From a virus: a stretch of 64,000 nt of DNA. Numbering within the stretch: position 1 is the first letter of the stretch; every line of letters starts with the position of its first letter. The notes beneath the pieces were generated by a model. That model did not search any database. It was given only the letters and a program-made list of their open reading frames with translations, and was not told where the DNA came from. Below are positions 20,222 through 29,145 of this stretch, piece after piece. Made by a program: the position numbers and the translations under genes. The stretch lies in the IMG/VR virus record IMGVR_UViG_3300046535_002009, positions 32,001 through 96,000 of that record; one strand, written 5' to 3'.

Positions 20222-20496
20222 GCGGTGGCGGTCGGCTGGCGGAGGGCGTTAGGTTGGGCCTGAGCCATGGGAGATCGCACTCCTCTGGTCGGCGCCCTCG
20301 GCGGGGATCGCGAGTTCCCGCCCGAGGGCATCACTGTGCCTGCACTGGTTCGCAGATGAACCAGACAGAGAAACATTACTCCGAGTGGACGACAATCTGA
20401 CTAGTTGTCACTCTGTGCCACATGCGCACTTGAGCGACTGAAGTGGTCGGCACTGAGTGTCGTATCGGGAAGTGATGCGGCGACACCCCGTATCCA

Positions 20497-21039
20497 TCAG
20501 GCGATGGCCTTCTCGTAGACCTTCGCCTGGTCTGGCGTCAGCAGATGGGAGACGCGGACGACGACCGCGCCATGCTGGTAGATGTAGTCCGGCCTGATGA
20601 GCCCGCCGAGGGCCTGCTGCGCCCCGTCGACGTACTTGACCCAGACGGTGGCGTCGTCCGCGTTGGGGAAGACCTCGACGGTACCGCCGTAGGAGATGCT
20701 GTCACGCCGGTCCTTGGTGGCGTCCTCCTTGGCCTGGGGGCTGTCGGCGACGCGGGTGTCGTCGAACGCGGTCTTGCTCAGGTACTGGTGCGGGCGGCCG
20801 AGCCGGCCATTGGGGTCGCTGGTCGCGTCATAGGTGATGGTGAGCTTGACCGGCAGGCCCTTGGTGGTGAGCTGCCGGGTGATGCCGGCGGCGTCGGTGG
20901 CCTTGGCCGGCGGGGCCGGCGCGGGTGCTGCGCTGCTCTTGGCGGCGGCCGGCGTGCCGGTGCCCGCGGACATGGTGGTGCAGGCGGTGGAGGCTGCGAG
21001 GACGGCGGCGGCGAGGGTGAGGGTGGTGCGGACGCGCAT
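20497..21039 (-). CDS. Putative lipoprotein
   Basis: MRVRTTLTLAAAVLAASTAC signal/lipobox, Ala/Pro linker; GGGGAG RBS. Confidence 0.75.
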   Translation of the reverse strand: MRVRTTLTLAAAVLAASTACTTMSAGTGTPAAAKSSAAPAPAPPAKATDAAGITRQLTTKGLPVKLTITYDATSDPNGRLGRPHQYLSKTAFDDTRVADSPQAKEDATKDRRDSISYGGTVEVFPNADDATVWVKYVDGAQQALGGLIRPDYIYQHGAVVVRVSHLLTPDQAKVYEKAIA

Positions 21040-21134
21040 GGTCTCCCCTGAGTGGTTGTGAGGCGCCGACCGTATCGGTGTCGTCACACAGCGCGCACAG
21101 GCGTTGCCGAGTCGTGACCGCTGATGGTGGGCGT

Positions 21135-21842
21135 TCAGTACGCTGCGGCCCGCACGCCGTCCGGGATGCCGGCGGCGAGGATCCCGCCGTCGACCGCGGT
21201 GACGGTGCCGCGCTCGTCCGGGAGGAGAACCTCCAGCGTTCGGCCGGCACCCGGTGCTCCGCGGCCGGACGCCCGGATGTGGACCCGGCGGGACATGAGC
21301 TGGCCGTGGCCGTCGCCGAGCCCGGTGCACTCGCGGGCGGCCACGTCGAGCTGCAGGTGCGCGCCGGGCCAGGGGCCGGGGGTGAGGAGCACGGTGCCGT
21401 GCTGGCGCAGCCGGGCGCCGAGGCGGCTGGCCGTGGCCGGCGAGGGGCCGACCGGGCCCAGGAGGAGGATCTCGACCGCGGGGAGCAGCCCGGCGCAGAC
21501 GTCGGGCCACTGGTCGCCAGGGGTGTCGGCGAGCAGGAGCCGGTCGAGGTCGATGCCGTAGCCGGCGGCCGCGGCCAGGCCGAGGTCGGGGAGGGCGACA
21601 GCGGCGGTCCAGACGTCGGGCCGGTGGACGGCGGGTCCGGCCGCGAGGGCGAGGAGCAGGCCGGGGTCGCGGACGACGGCGACAGTGCCGCGCTGGAGGC
21701 CGCCGTGCGGGAGGAGGGTCGCGAGTTCCGGCTGGACGGGCAGGGTCTGTGCGGCCTCGGCCCGGGCGCGGGCGGCCGGGGAGGTGGCTTCGAGGAGGTC
21801 GGTGAGGGCGGGGCGCTCGCGCGGCTCGGCGGGGGCGGTCAT
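21135..21842 (-). CDS. ImuA'-like (RecA/SulA-fold) protein
   Basis: LPV.PELA.LLP.GGLQRG, LLLALAA, AAVALPDLGLAAAA..GIDLDRL, RL.ARLRQ.G.VLL..G.WPGA. Confidence 0.75.
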   Translation of the reverse strand: MTAPAEPRERPALTDLLEATSPAARARAEAAQTLPVQPELATLLPHGGLQRGTVAVVRDPGLLLALAAGPAVHRPDVWTAAVALPDLGLAAAAGYGIDLDRLLLADTPGDQWPDVCAGLLPAVEILLLGPVGPSPATASRLGARLRQHGTVLLTPGPWPGAHLQLDVAARECTGLGDGHGQLMSRRVHIRASGRGAPGAGRTLEVLLPDERGTVTAVDGGILAAGIPDGVRAAAY

Positions 21843-22189
21843 CGCTCGGCCCGGGCGTGGACGGCGCCGGGGTCGGAGACCTGTGGCTGGACGGGCTGGA
21901 GGGCGACGCCCTTGTGGTGGACCCAGACCGGGTCGTCGTCGGGGCCGGTCTGGAGGCGGGCGGCCCAGTAGCCGGGCCCGAGCTGGCGCCAGCCGGTGAG
22001 GACGGTGGGGTGCCAGGTGCCGCCGCGGCGGACCCAAACGGCGAGGAGGTCATCGACGATGTCGGAGTCGGCGGTGGCGAGTTCGGCTTCGGTGAGGGGC
22101 ACGATGTCGCGCCAGTCCCGCGCCACGGCGTTGGTGGCGAACGGGCTGGGTGGGCGTGCGGGTCTCACGTGCTCAGGATGCAGCACCAT
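21839..22189 (-). CDS. Hypothetical protein coupled to the ImuA'-like gene (start uncertain)
   Basis: ATGA overlap; Trp-rich beta-type sequence. Confidence 0.55.
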   Translation of the reverse strand: MVLHPEHVRPARPPSPFATNAVARDWRDIVPLTEAELATADSDIVDDLLAVWVRRGGTWHPTVLTGWRQLGPGYWAARLQTGPDDDPVWVHHKGVALQPVQPQVSDPGAVHARAER

Positions 22190-22218
22190 CGTTCGAATTC
22201 GCAAACACGTTCGAATGA

Positions 22219-22425
22219 CTATTCGGGGGTGTCGCCGACCCGGCGCCCCGGCGCCAGCTGCATGAAGAAGGCGAGCGCGTCGGGCGCGGCGGCGTGCATC
22301 GCCTGCTCCTCGGCCTCGGACTCACGCGGCCGGTCGTAGCACGGCCATGAGCACGACCCGTACGGAGTCCAGGGCACGGTCTGCCCGCATCCGTCGCAGG
22401 TCATCAGCGGAATCTCAAGGGCCAT
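22219..22425 (-). CDS. Small Cys-motif protein
   Basis: MTCDGCG...SCSWPC; GAGGGG RBS. Confidence 0.5.
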   Translation of the reverse strand: MALEIPLMTCDGCGQTVPWTPYGSCSWPCYDRPRESEAEEQAMHAAAPDALAFFMQLAPGRRVGDTPE

Positions 22426-22603
22426 GTCGACCATCCCCTCGCACGGGTCGCCCTGCCACCGTACGCCCGCAACCCGCGGCGCAGCCCGGGCCGCCGCCAA
22501 CCCCTCGTGTGACAAATCGTCATCGGATCTCCGGTTCCGCGCAGGGTGACAGTGCCGACGCGTACGGTGCCGGGCAGCAGACCCACGTCCCCGGGGGGAC
22601 CGC

Positions 22604-24079
22604 ATGACGACCACCGAACAGAAGCCCGCGTCCACGGCCGTGCCGGCACCTGCCCGGCCGAGCTGGGCCAGGCTCGCCCCGCCGCCCGCGGCCCGCCGGT
22701 GGTGGCGGCCGGCGACCGCCCCCCACATCGCCCTCGCCTCGGCCTTCATGGCCGCCTACACGCTGGTCTCGGCGCTGCGATACGCCCGCTTCGACTTCAG
22801 GTCGTGGGACCTGGCGATCTTCACCGAGGAGGTCAAGGCCTACGCCCACCTGCGGGTGCCGATCGTCCCGGTGAAGGGCGACGGCTTCAACGTCCTCGGC
22901 GACCACTTCAGCCCCATCACCGCCGCCATCGCCCCCCTCTTCCGGATCTGGCCCAGCGCCTTCCTGCTGCTCCTCGTCCAGGCCGCCCTGTTCGCCTGGT
23001 CCACCGGCGTCGTCTCCGACACGGCAGCCCGCCTCCTGGGCCGCTCCCGCGGCCTGTGCATCGGCATCGGCTACGGCCTCTCCTTCGGCCTGCAGCGCGC
23101 CATCGACGTCGACTTCCACGAGGTCGCCTTCGCCGTGCCCCTGGTCGCGGTCGTCTGCCGGCAGCTGCTCGCGCGCCGCTGGCACCGCGCCGTGTGGTGG
23201 TCGCTCCCGCTGCTCCTGGTGAAGGAGGACCTCGGGATGACGGTCGCCGCCGTCGGCCTGCTCCTGCTCATCCAGGGCCGGCGCCGGGTGGCCGGCCCCG
23301 TCCTCATCGTGCTCGGGGCCACGGCCACGGTCGCGCTCGTGTGGTGGGTCGTCCCGCACTTCAACCCGACCAGCCAGTACGCCTACTGGGACCGCTACGG
23401 CGGCCGGCACCCCCACGTCTGGACCCTGCTCTGGGCCGCGGTGAAGCGCCTGCAGACGTGGACGACACTCGGCTGGACCCTCGGCATCACCGGCCTCCTC
23501 GCCGCCCGCTCCCCACTCCTGGCCCTCGCTGCGCCCACCCTGCTGTGGCGCCTCACCTCGACGTACGACGCCTTCCGCGGCACGGGCTGGCAGTACTCGG
23601 CGGTCCTGATGCCGATCGCGTTCCTCGCCGCGGCCGACGCCGCGCTGCGCATCCGGTCCTCCCGCCGCGTGTGGTTGTGCCAGTTCTCCGACCGGACGGT
23701 GACCTCGCTGCCGGCCGTCGCCCTGGCCTGTATGGCCGGCATGACGTACGGCCTCGGCGGGCTCGCCCAGGCCAGCGCATGGTCGGGCGGGCACGTGGCC
23801 GAGGCCCGGCGGGCCGCTCTCGACCGGATCCCCGACGGCGCGACCGTGGAGGCGACGACGGACGTCCTGGCCGGCCTGGCCGGGCGGTCGGACGTCTACT
23901 GGTACGGCGGGTCGAAGATCCGGCCTCCGCAGTACATCGTCTTCGACAAGAACGACTGGGACTCCGCGCCGCTCGGCGACCAGGCCGCGCACGTCGCGCA
24001 GGATCTGCACCCGGGCTCGACCTACCGGGTGGTGTTCAGCCGCGACAAGGTCACGGTCGTCCGGCTCCTGGCCGGCTGA
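22604..24079 (+). CDS. DUF2079 polytopic membrane protein (GT-C-like glycosyltransferase candidate)
   Basis: SWDLAIF, LGDHFSPI, LLLVQA, DFHEVAFAVP, LLVKED, WQYSAVL; many TM segments. Confidence 0.85.
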   Translation: MTTTEQKPASTAVPAPARPSWARLAPPPAARRWWRPATAPHIALASAFMAAYTLVSALRYARFDFRSWDLAIFTEEVKAYAHLRVPIVPVKGDGFNVLGDHFSPITAAIAPLFRIWPSAFLLLLVQAALFAWSTGVVSDTAARLLGRSRGLCIGIGYGLSFGLQRAIDVDFHEVAFAVPLVAVVCRQLLARRWHRAVWWSLPLLLVKEDLGMTVAAVGLLLLIQGRRRVAGPVLIVLGATATVALVWWVVPHFNPTSQYAYWDRYGGRHPHVWTLLWAAVKRLQTWTTLGWTLGITGLLAARSPLLALAAPTLLWRLTSTYDAFRGTGWQYSAVLMPIAFLAAADAALRIRSSRRVWLCQFSDRTVTSLPAVALACMAGMTYGLGGLAQASAWSGGHVAEARRAALDRIPDGATVEATTDVLAGLAGRSDVYWYGGSKIRPPQYIVFDKNDWDSAPLGDQAAHVAQDLHPGSTYRVVFSRDKVTVVRLLAG

Positions 24080-24088
24080 CCGCGGTGG

Positions 24089-25435
24089 TCAGCCTGCCCG
24101 CTCCTCGCTGAGGATCTCGGAGTACCGGCCGTGGACGCCGAAGCCTCGCAGGAGCGGACCCACCATGCGGTTGACGACGCCGCCCGGCGCGGTGGCGAGT
24201 TCGGCCCGGGTGGCCGCGGTGGCCTGGTGGTAATCGTCGCGGTCGTATCGAGACGGGTAGCTCGTTCCCCAGGACTGCATCATCGAGTAGGGCACGCGTC
24301 CCTTGAGCCGGGACGCGCCGACGGCGAAGGACCAGGCTCCCTGGTGTCCGGTGATGTCGGCGACCTCCTCGACGACGGCAACGAGCCGTCGAGCGAGAGA
24401 GGGCGCAGCAGCGTCGAGGACGACCTGCTGCCCGCCTGCTCGGTCCATGTGGTCCGAGAACCGGCTGAAGTACAGCCGGAGACCGCCGTCCTCGAACACC
24501 TGCAGCTCGACGACGTCCTCGTCCTCCGCCCGCTCGGGCTGCCAGATTCGGCCTTGCCCGAGGTTCGGCGTGGCCCTGGCGACGCCGCCGGAGCGCCGGA
24601 AGCTGTTGCTTGCGTGGAGCAGCTCCGGGTGCACTTCGTTGCCCTGGAGCACCTGGTTCACCTCGGGGGTGTAGGACTTCTGGACCAGGTGCGCGAGCTT
24701 GAGGTTCCAGTCGGGTGCGCTGGTGAAGTCGAGCAGCATGTCTCGCCTCCCGGCGATGGGCTGCGCAACGAGGAACAGGTGTGACTGCTCGCCGATGTCG
24801 CCGAGGGGATCGCGCTTCATCTCGTCGCTGAGGATGGCCAGGACGTCCTCGTCCGTTGAGCGGCGTCGGGCGTGGAGGCGTGCGACGTCCGGGTCCCTGA
24901 GGATGTGCTTGGTCGTGTCGCCGCGCCCGTGGTACTTGCCGTCCACCATGTGCGGTGCCTGGGGGCTCATCGGCACGTGGACCACGAGGTACCCGTGGGA
25001 GGTGTCTGCGTTGCTGGGGATCGGCTTGATGACGACGCTGATCGGGGGGTCGGGTATCGATCGGGCAACCTGGTCGACTCGCTCGGCGAGGCCCCCGAGG
25101 GGCTGCGGTGCGAGGCTGAAGGTGCGGGCGGACTTGTCCTCGTCGATGCCGATGAGCAGGGTGCCGCCCTCGTTGGCGAAGGAGGCGAGATCGCGTGCCA
25201 GCTCCCGGTTGTCGCTCTTGCTGGCCAGCTCCCGCTTCGCGTCGAGGTAGCTCGACTCCTCGATGAGCCCGCCGTCGATGGCGGCCTGCAGGTCGGCTTC
25301 GGTCTGGGGAGTCCAGCGGGGGTTGTCCGGGGAGAGGTAGATCGTGGTCAAGTGCACCTCGCGCTTCATGTCGCCGCTGCTGCGTCCTTGCAGCAGTGCG
25401 AGTATGCGCCGGAGGTCCGACAGATCGCGCTCCAA
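24089..25435 (-). CDS. Schlafen/AlbA_2 domain protein (true start probably 25357-25369)
   Basis: EESSYLDAKREL, ELARDLASFANEGGTLLIGIDE, VPMS..APHMVDGKY.GR. Confidence 0.85.
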   Translation of the reverse strand: MERDLSDLRRILALLQGRSSGDMKREVHLTTIYLSPDNPRWTPQTEADLQAAIDGGLIEESSYLDAKRELASKSDNRELARDLASFANEGGTLLIGIDEDKSARTFSLAPQPLGGLAERVDQVARSIPDPPISVVIKPIPSNADTSHGYLVVHVPMSPQAPHMVDGKYHGRGDTTKHILRDPDVARLHARRRSTDEDVLAILSDEMKRDPLGDIGEQSHLFLVAQPIAGRRDMLLDFTSAPDWNLKLAHLVQKSYTPEVNQVLQGNEVHPELLHASNSFRRSGGVARATPNLGQGRIWQPERAEDEDVVELQVFEDGGLRLYFSRFSDHMDRAGGQQVVLDAAAPSLARRLVAVVEEVADITGHQGAWSFAVGASRLKGRVPYSMMQSWGTSYPSRYDRDDYHQATAATRAELATAPGGVVNRMVGPLLRGFGVHGRYSEILSEERAG

Positions 25436-25500
25436 TATCCGTACGGAACGCGTCCGAGGTCAGCCAGCCTCGGCGGCCGCGCGGCTTAATGCCCGCGGCG

Positions 25501-26546
25501 TCACGGCGCAGCATCAATCGGCGCCTGCTGCTCTTCTGGTGGCGTGCTCTCCTGCTTGGCGGCGGCCAGCAGCGCGGCCTCCAGCTGCTCAACGCGCTGC
25601 TGCAACTCGGCGCTGCGGCGGCGGGCTTGGCCGAGTTCGTTCTCGAGGGTGGTGCGGTCCTGTTCCGCGCGGTGGCAGCGGTCGGCGAGCTGCCGCTCGT
25701 ACGCGCCCGGGCCGCCCGGCTGCGGCAGGTACATCGCGTTCGTCATCTGTGGGCACTCCTCGAGGAGCGGGACTTCTTGGCGCGGGGCTGGACCCGCCCC
25801 CGGGGCGGATCGGCGGCCGGTGTGGGCGGGGCCGGGCGGCACTGGTTCTCGTCGAGGCAGCAGCAGTCGCCCCGGTCCCGGAAGCAGCAGACAGGCAGCG
25901 CGGGGTCGCAGGCACCCGGGTGGTCGTGGCGATGGCTCATCCGGTCTGCGCCGCGTTGCAGTTCCCGCCGTCCGCGTAGCCCCAGGAGTGTCCGAGCGGG
26001 AGCTCCTCGTGGGGGCGGCCGCACCCGGGGCACAGCCAGGTGCCGGCCGCGTGCTGCGCCTCGGCCTGTCGGAACGCAGCCGTCTGCCGGAGCACGCTGT
26101 CCGACAGCGGGTCGCGCGGCTGTACATGCTCGTGATCCATCCCGGCCAGGAGGCAGCTGAGGATCGGGCAGCGTGCCCTCTGCGGGTACCCGCTCAAGGC
26201 TGAGCCTCCTTCTTCTCGGCCGCGGCGGCGCGTCGGGACCGTGTGGCCGCAGCACCGCGCTGGCGGCGCAGCCGGCCAATGCCGGACCGTAGCGTCGCCG
26301 CTTCCTCGGGGGTGAGCTGGTAGAGCTCGGCCCGGTCGACGAGTCGGTCCACCGCGTCGTCGTCGGGCACGGGCTGGCGGCGGGTCACGGCGCGGCCGGG
26401 GCGGGCCTGGACGGCATCTCGTACAGGGCCTCGGTCGATTCCGGGTGCTGGATCTCGTCGATGAGGTGGTCCTGCTCCGGGTTGCCGGTGTGCGGGAGCT
26501 CGGTGACAGCGCGGCTGTGGGCGTCGTCGTACTGCTGCTGGGTCAC
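25501..26546 (-). other. Small phage hypothetical genes (25501-25746, 25743-25940, 25937-26140, 26194-26388, 26385-26546)
   Basis: 4-bp start/stop overlaps. Confidence 0.55.
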
Positions 26547-26785
26547 GGAAGGGTCCTCTCGGTGGTCTGGGTGAAGGTCTGGGTCTGGCCGAGCGGGCCA
26601 AGCCAGGCGAGGAGGCTGACAAGGGTGTCGGCGTTGACGCCGACCAGGTCCTGACGAAGCTCGGCGAACAGGCTGGAGGCGACTCCGGTCTCCCGGGCGA
26701 CGGCCCGCCAGGAGATCCCTCGCTGCTCCCGGCGGGTGTCGAGGGCCTGCCACAGGGCACGCCGGTCCAGGCGGTGGCTCGTCAT
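26543..26785 (-). CDS. XRE-like HTH protein
   Basis: ALDTRREQRGISWRAVARETGVASSLFAEL. Confidence 0.75.
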   Translation of the reverse strand: MTSHRLDRRALWQALDTRREQRGISWRAVARETGVASSLFAELRQDLVGVNADTLVSLLAWLGPLGQTQTFTQTTERTLP

Positions 26786-28951
26786 ACCGGACGTCCGCTG
26801 GGGTGGGCGGCGCGGCGTCGGATGCGGCAGGCGCCTTCCCGTGAGCAGACCATGGTGGGCTCGGCATGGTGGCCGGGGTCGAGGCGCCGGAACTGGCTGA
26901 TGCCGACGCGGCCGCAGCGGGCGCAGGTCCGCTCGTTGGCCTTCTCCGGGAGGTACTCGATCGCGTAGGCGGGGTGGGTGGTGAGGATCCGGCGTTCGCC
27001 GTCGAGTTGGATCCGCAGGTGGCTTTCGTGGAAGCCGACGATCGTGCCGAGCTGACGGCCGGCGCGAGGGTTGCCGCTGTAGGCGACGCGCCGGTACCGC
27101 TCGACCAGCGGCAGGTTGTAGGTGGCCCTGATCCACGCGGCGGAGCTGGCGGCGCTCACCGGCGGACCCTCTCGCCCCGGCGGCTGGCGGCGTTGCGGAC
27201 GGAGCGTTCGGCATCGCGCAGGACCGTGGTGCGCCACCACCAGGACCAGGCGGCAGCCATCGCGCGCTCGGTGTGCCGGTCCGCGAGGTACAGCAGGCCG
27301 AGGAGCGCCCAGACCGCAACCGTCAGCAGGAGCAGCTCGGTGAGGGTCACCGCTCGTCCTCGCGGGTTCCGACGCGGGCCGCGCCAAGGAGAACGGCCAG
27401 GGCGATGACGGCGAGCACGATAACGACGGCGACGCACAGGACGGCCTTGATCATGACGGGTTCACCTCGTAGGAGAGGACCAGGTCGGCGCCGTCCTGGG
27501 CCATGGTGACGACGGCCGGGTTGACGCCGTGGGCCGCCGCAGCCCGGGACGCGGTCCGGGTCAGCGCGGGGAAGTCCCGGACCGGGACGGGCAACGGCAC
27601 GCGCAGCTGCACGGTGACCGTGTGCGGCGGGGCGTCCGGCTCGGCGTCGTCGCCGAGGTCCGGCGGCAGGTAGGTCCGGCCGCGGTTGTAGTGCGGGATC
27701 GGGTCCGGCATGGGGATCACCACGCGGGAGTCGCGGTCGAGTTCGTTGCCGTCCGCGTCGTAGAAGGTCGCCCGGTCCTGCTCGTGGCGCTCACGCCACG
27801 CGATCAGGTCGACCTCGGCCAGGCCGGCCGGCGCGGTCTCGCCGCCGTACCAGTCCTCGGTGATGCCCGCGGCGCGGAGCTCCGTCCCGTCCATCTCGCC
27901 GACGAGGACCTCCCGGCCGGCGATCACGTCGTAGGCCTCGGGCTGCGGCAGGTGCCGGTAGGCGGCCACCAGCTGCTCCAGGCACTCGACGAACTGGAGC
28001 TGCCAGTCGATCGGCATGGACTGGGCGAGAGTGCGGGGCACGACGAAGTGCGTGCTGTAGGAGAGGCCGGCGTGCGCGTGGACGGGCCCGTCCGTGTGGT
28101 TGCGCGGTGGCATGGTGGGTCCTCGGAGGGGCTGGGGTGGGCGGGAGCCGCTGGCGGTCTCGGGGAGCGCAGGCCGGCCAACGATCTGGCGCCGTGCCCG
28201 TTCAGCGGCTGCACGCAGCGCGTCGTTGGCCGTTCCGGGCGTGACCGAGTCCGCGAGCAGGTGGTCGAAGTGCTCCGGGCTGACCGTGGTCACCTCTGGG
28301 TCGGTCACGGCTGGGGTTCCTCGGGGAACAGCTCGGCCGCCCGGGCGTGCGGGCAGGTCGCCTCGGTGTAGAACCAGAAGTGCGCCTGGCAGTAGCCGTG
28401 ATGGTCGTGCCGGCAGGGATCCGGGTCGCGCAGCTCATCGATAAGTTCGCGGAGTTGGTCGCCGTCCCAGACGACTCGGGTCCGGCCGTCGTGGCCGTGC
28501 ACACGGATGGCGTCCTCGATCGAATTCCACAGCACGGTGGACGCCGTGCTGGTGCTCCAGCGCAGAGCGACGGTGCCGTCGGGAAACTGGATGCCGTGGG
28601 CGACGGGCCCGGTGCCGGAGACGCCAGTGACGTCCTCGTCGCGCTGGAGGGTGAACAGGCGGCCGGTGGGCCGGGGTTCAGTGGTGGGCTGGTCGGGCAT
28701 GGGTGGTTCTCCCGGGGTCAAGCCGCAGCGGCGTTCAGGCCGCAGGCGGCGAGGAGTTCGTCGACCTCGTCGTCGCTGAGGTCGGGGCGGGTGATGTCGT
28801 CGAGGCCGTCGCCGATGCCGTTGGCGATCTGGCGCCATCGGTCGGCCTTGTCCGGGTCGCGTCGCTCGCAGCGGTCCGCGGCGGTCAAGAGGATGTCGAC
28901 GAGGTCGGCGGCGTCGGCCGTGGTGTCGAGGTGAAGTTCGAGGCGGAGCAT
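26782..28951 (-). other. Phage hypothetical genes (26782-27159, 27156-27350, 27347-27454, 27451-28308, 28305-28700, 28718-28951)
   Basis: Overlapping ORFs; 28305-28700 carries the phage motif RDEDVTGVSGTG.VA.G..F.DG. Confidence 0.6.
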
Positions 28952-29076
28952 GGCGGCCTCCGGTGAGCGGGTGGGACGGCGCGGGCGGGCGGCCGGGGCC
29001 GGTGCGGAGGGCGCTCGAATCATCGTGCGCCTGATCCGCCGGAAGGCCCAGGGACGGATGCGCGTAGTAGCACCTA

Positions 29077-29137
29077 CGGGTGGCCAGCCGGGAAAGGTAT
29101 CCGGCTGGCCACCCGGGTGTTCCGAAATTCGGACACC
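29077..29137. terminator. Two adjacent hairpins within the leftward operon
   Basis: 15-bp stem CGGGTGGCCAGCCGG / CCGGCTGGCCACCCG, then GGTGT-TCCGA / TCGGA-CACC. Confidence 0.55.
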
Positions 29138-29145
29138 TGGGCCGG

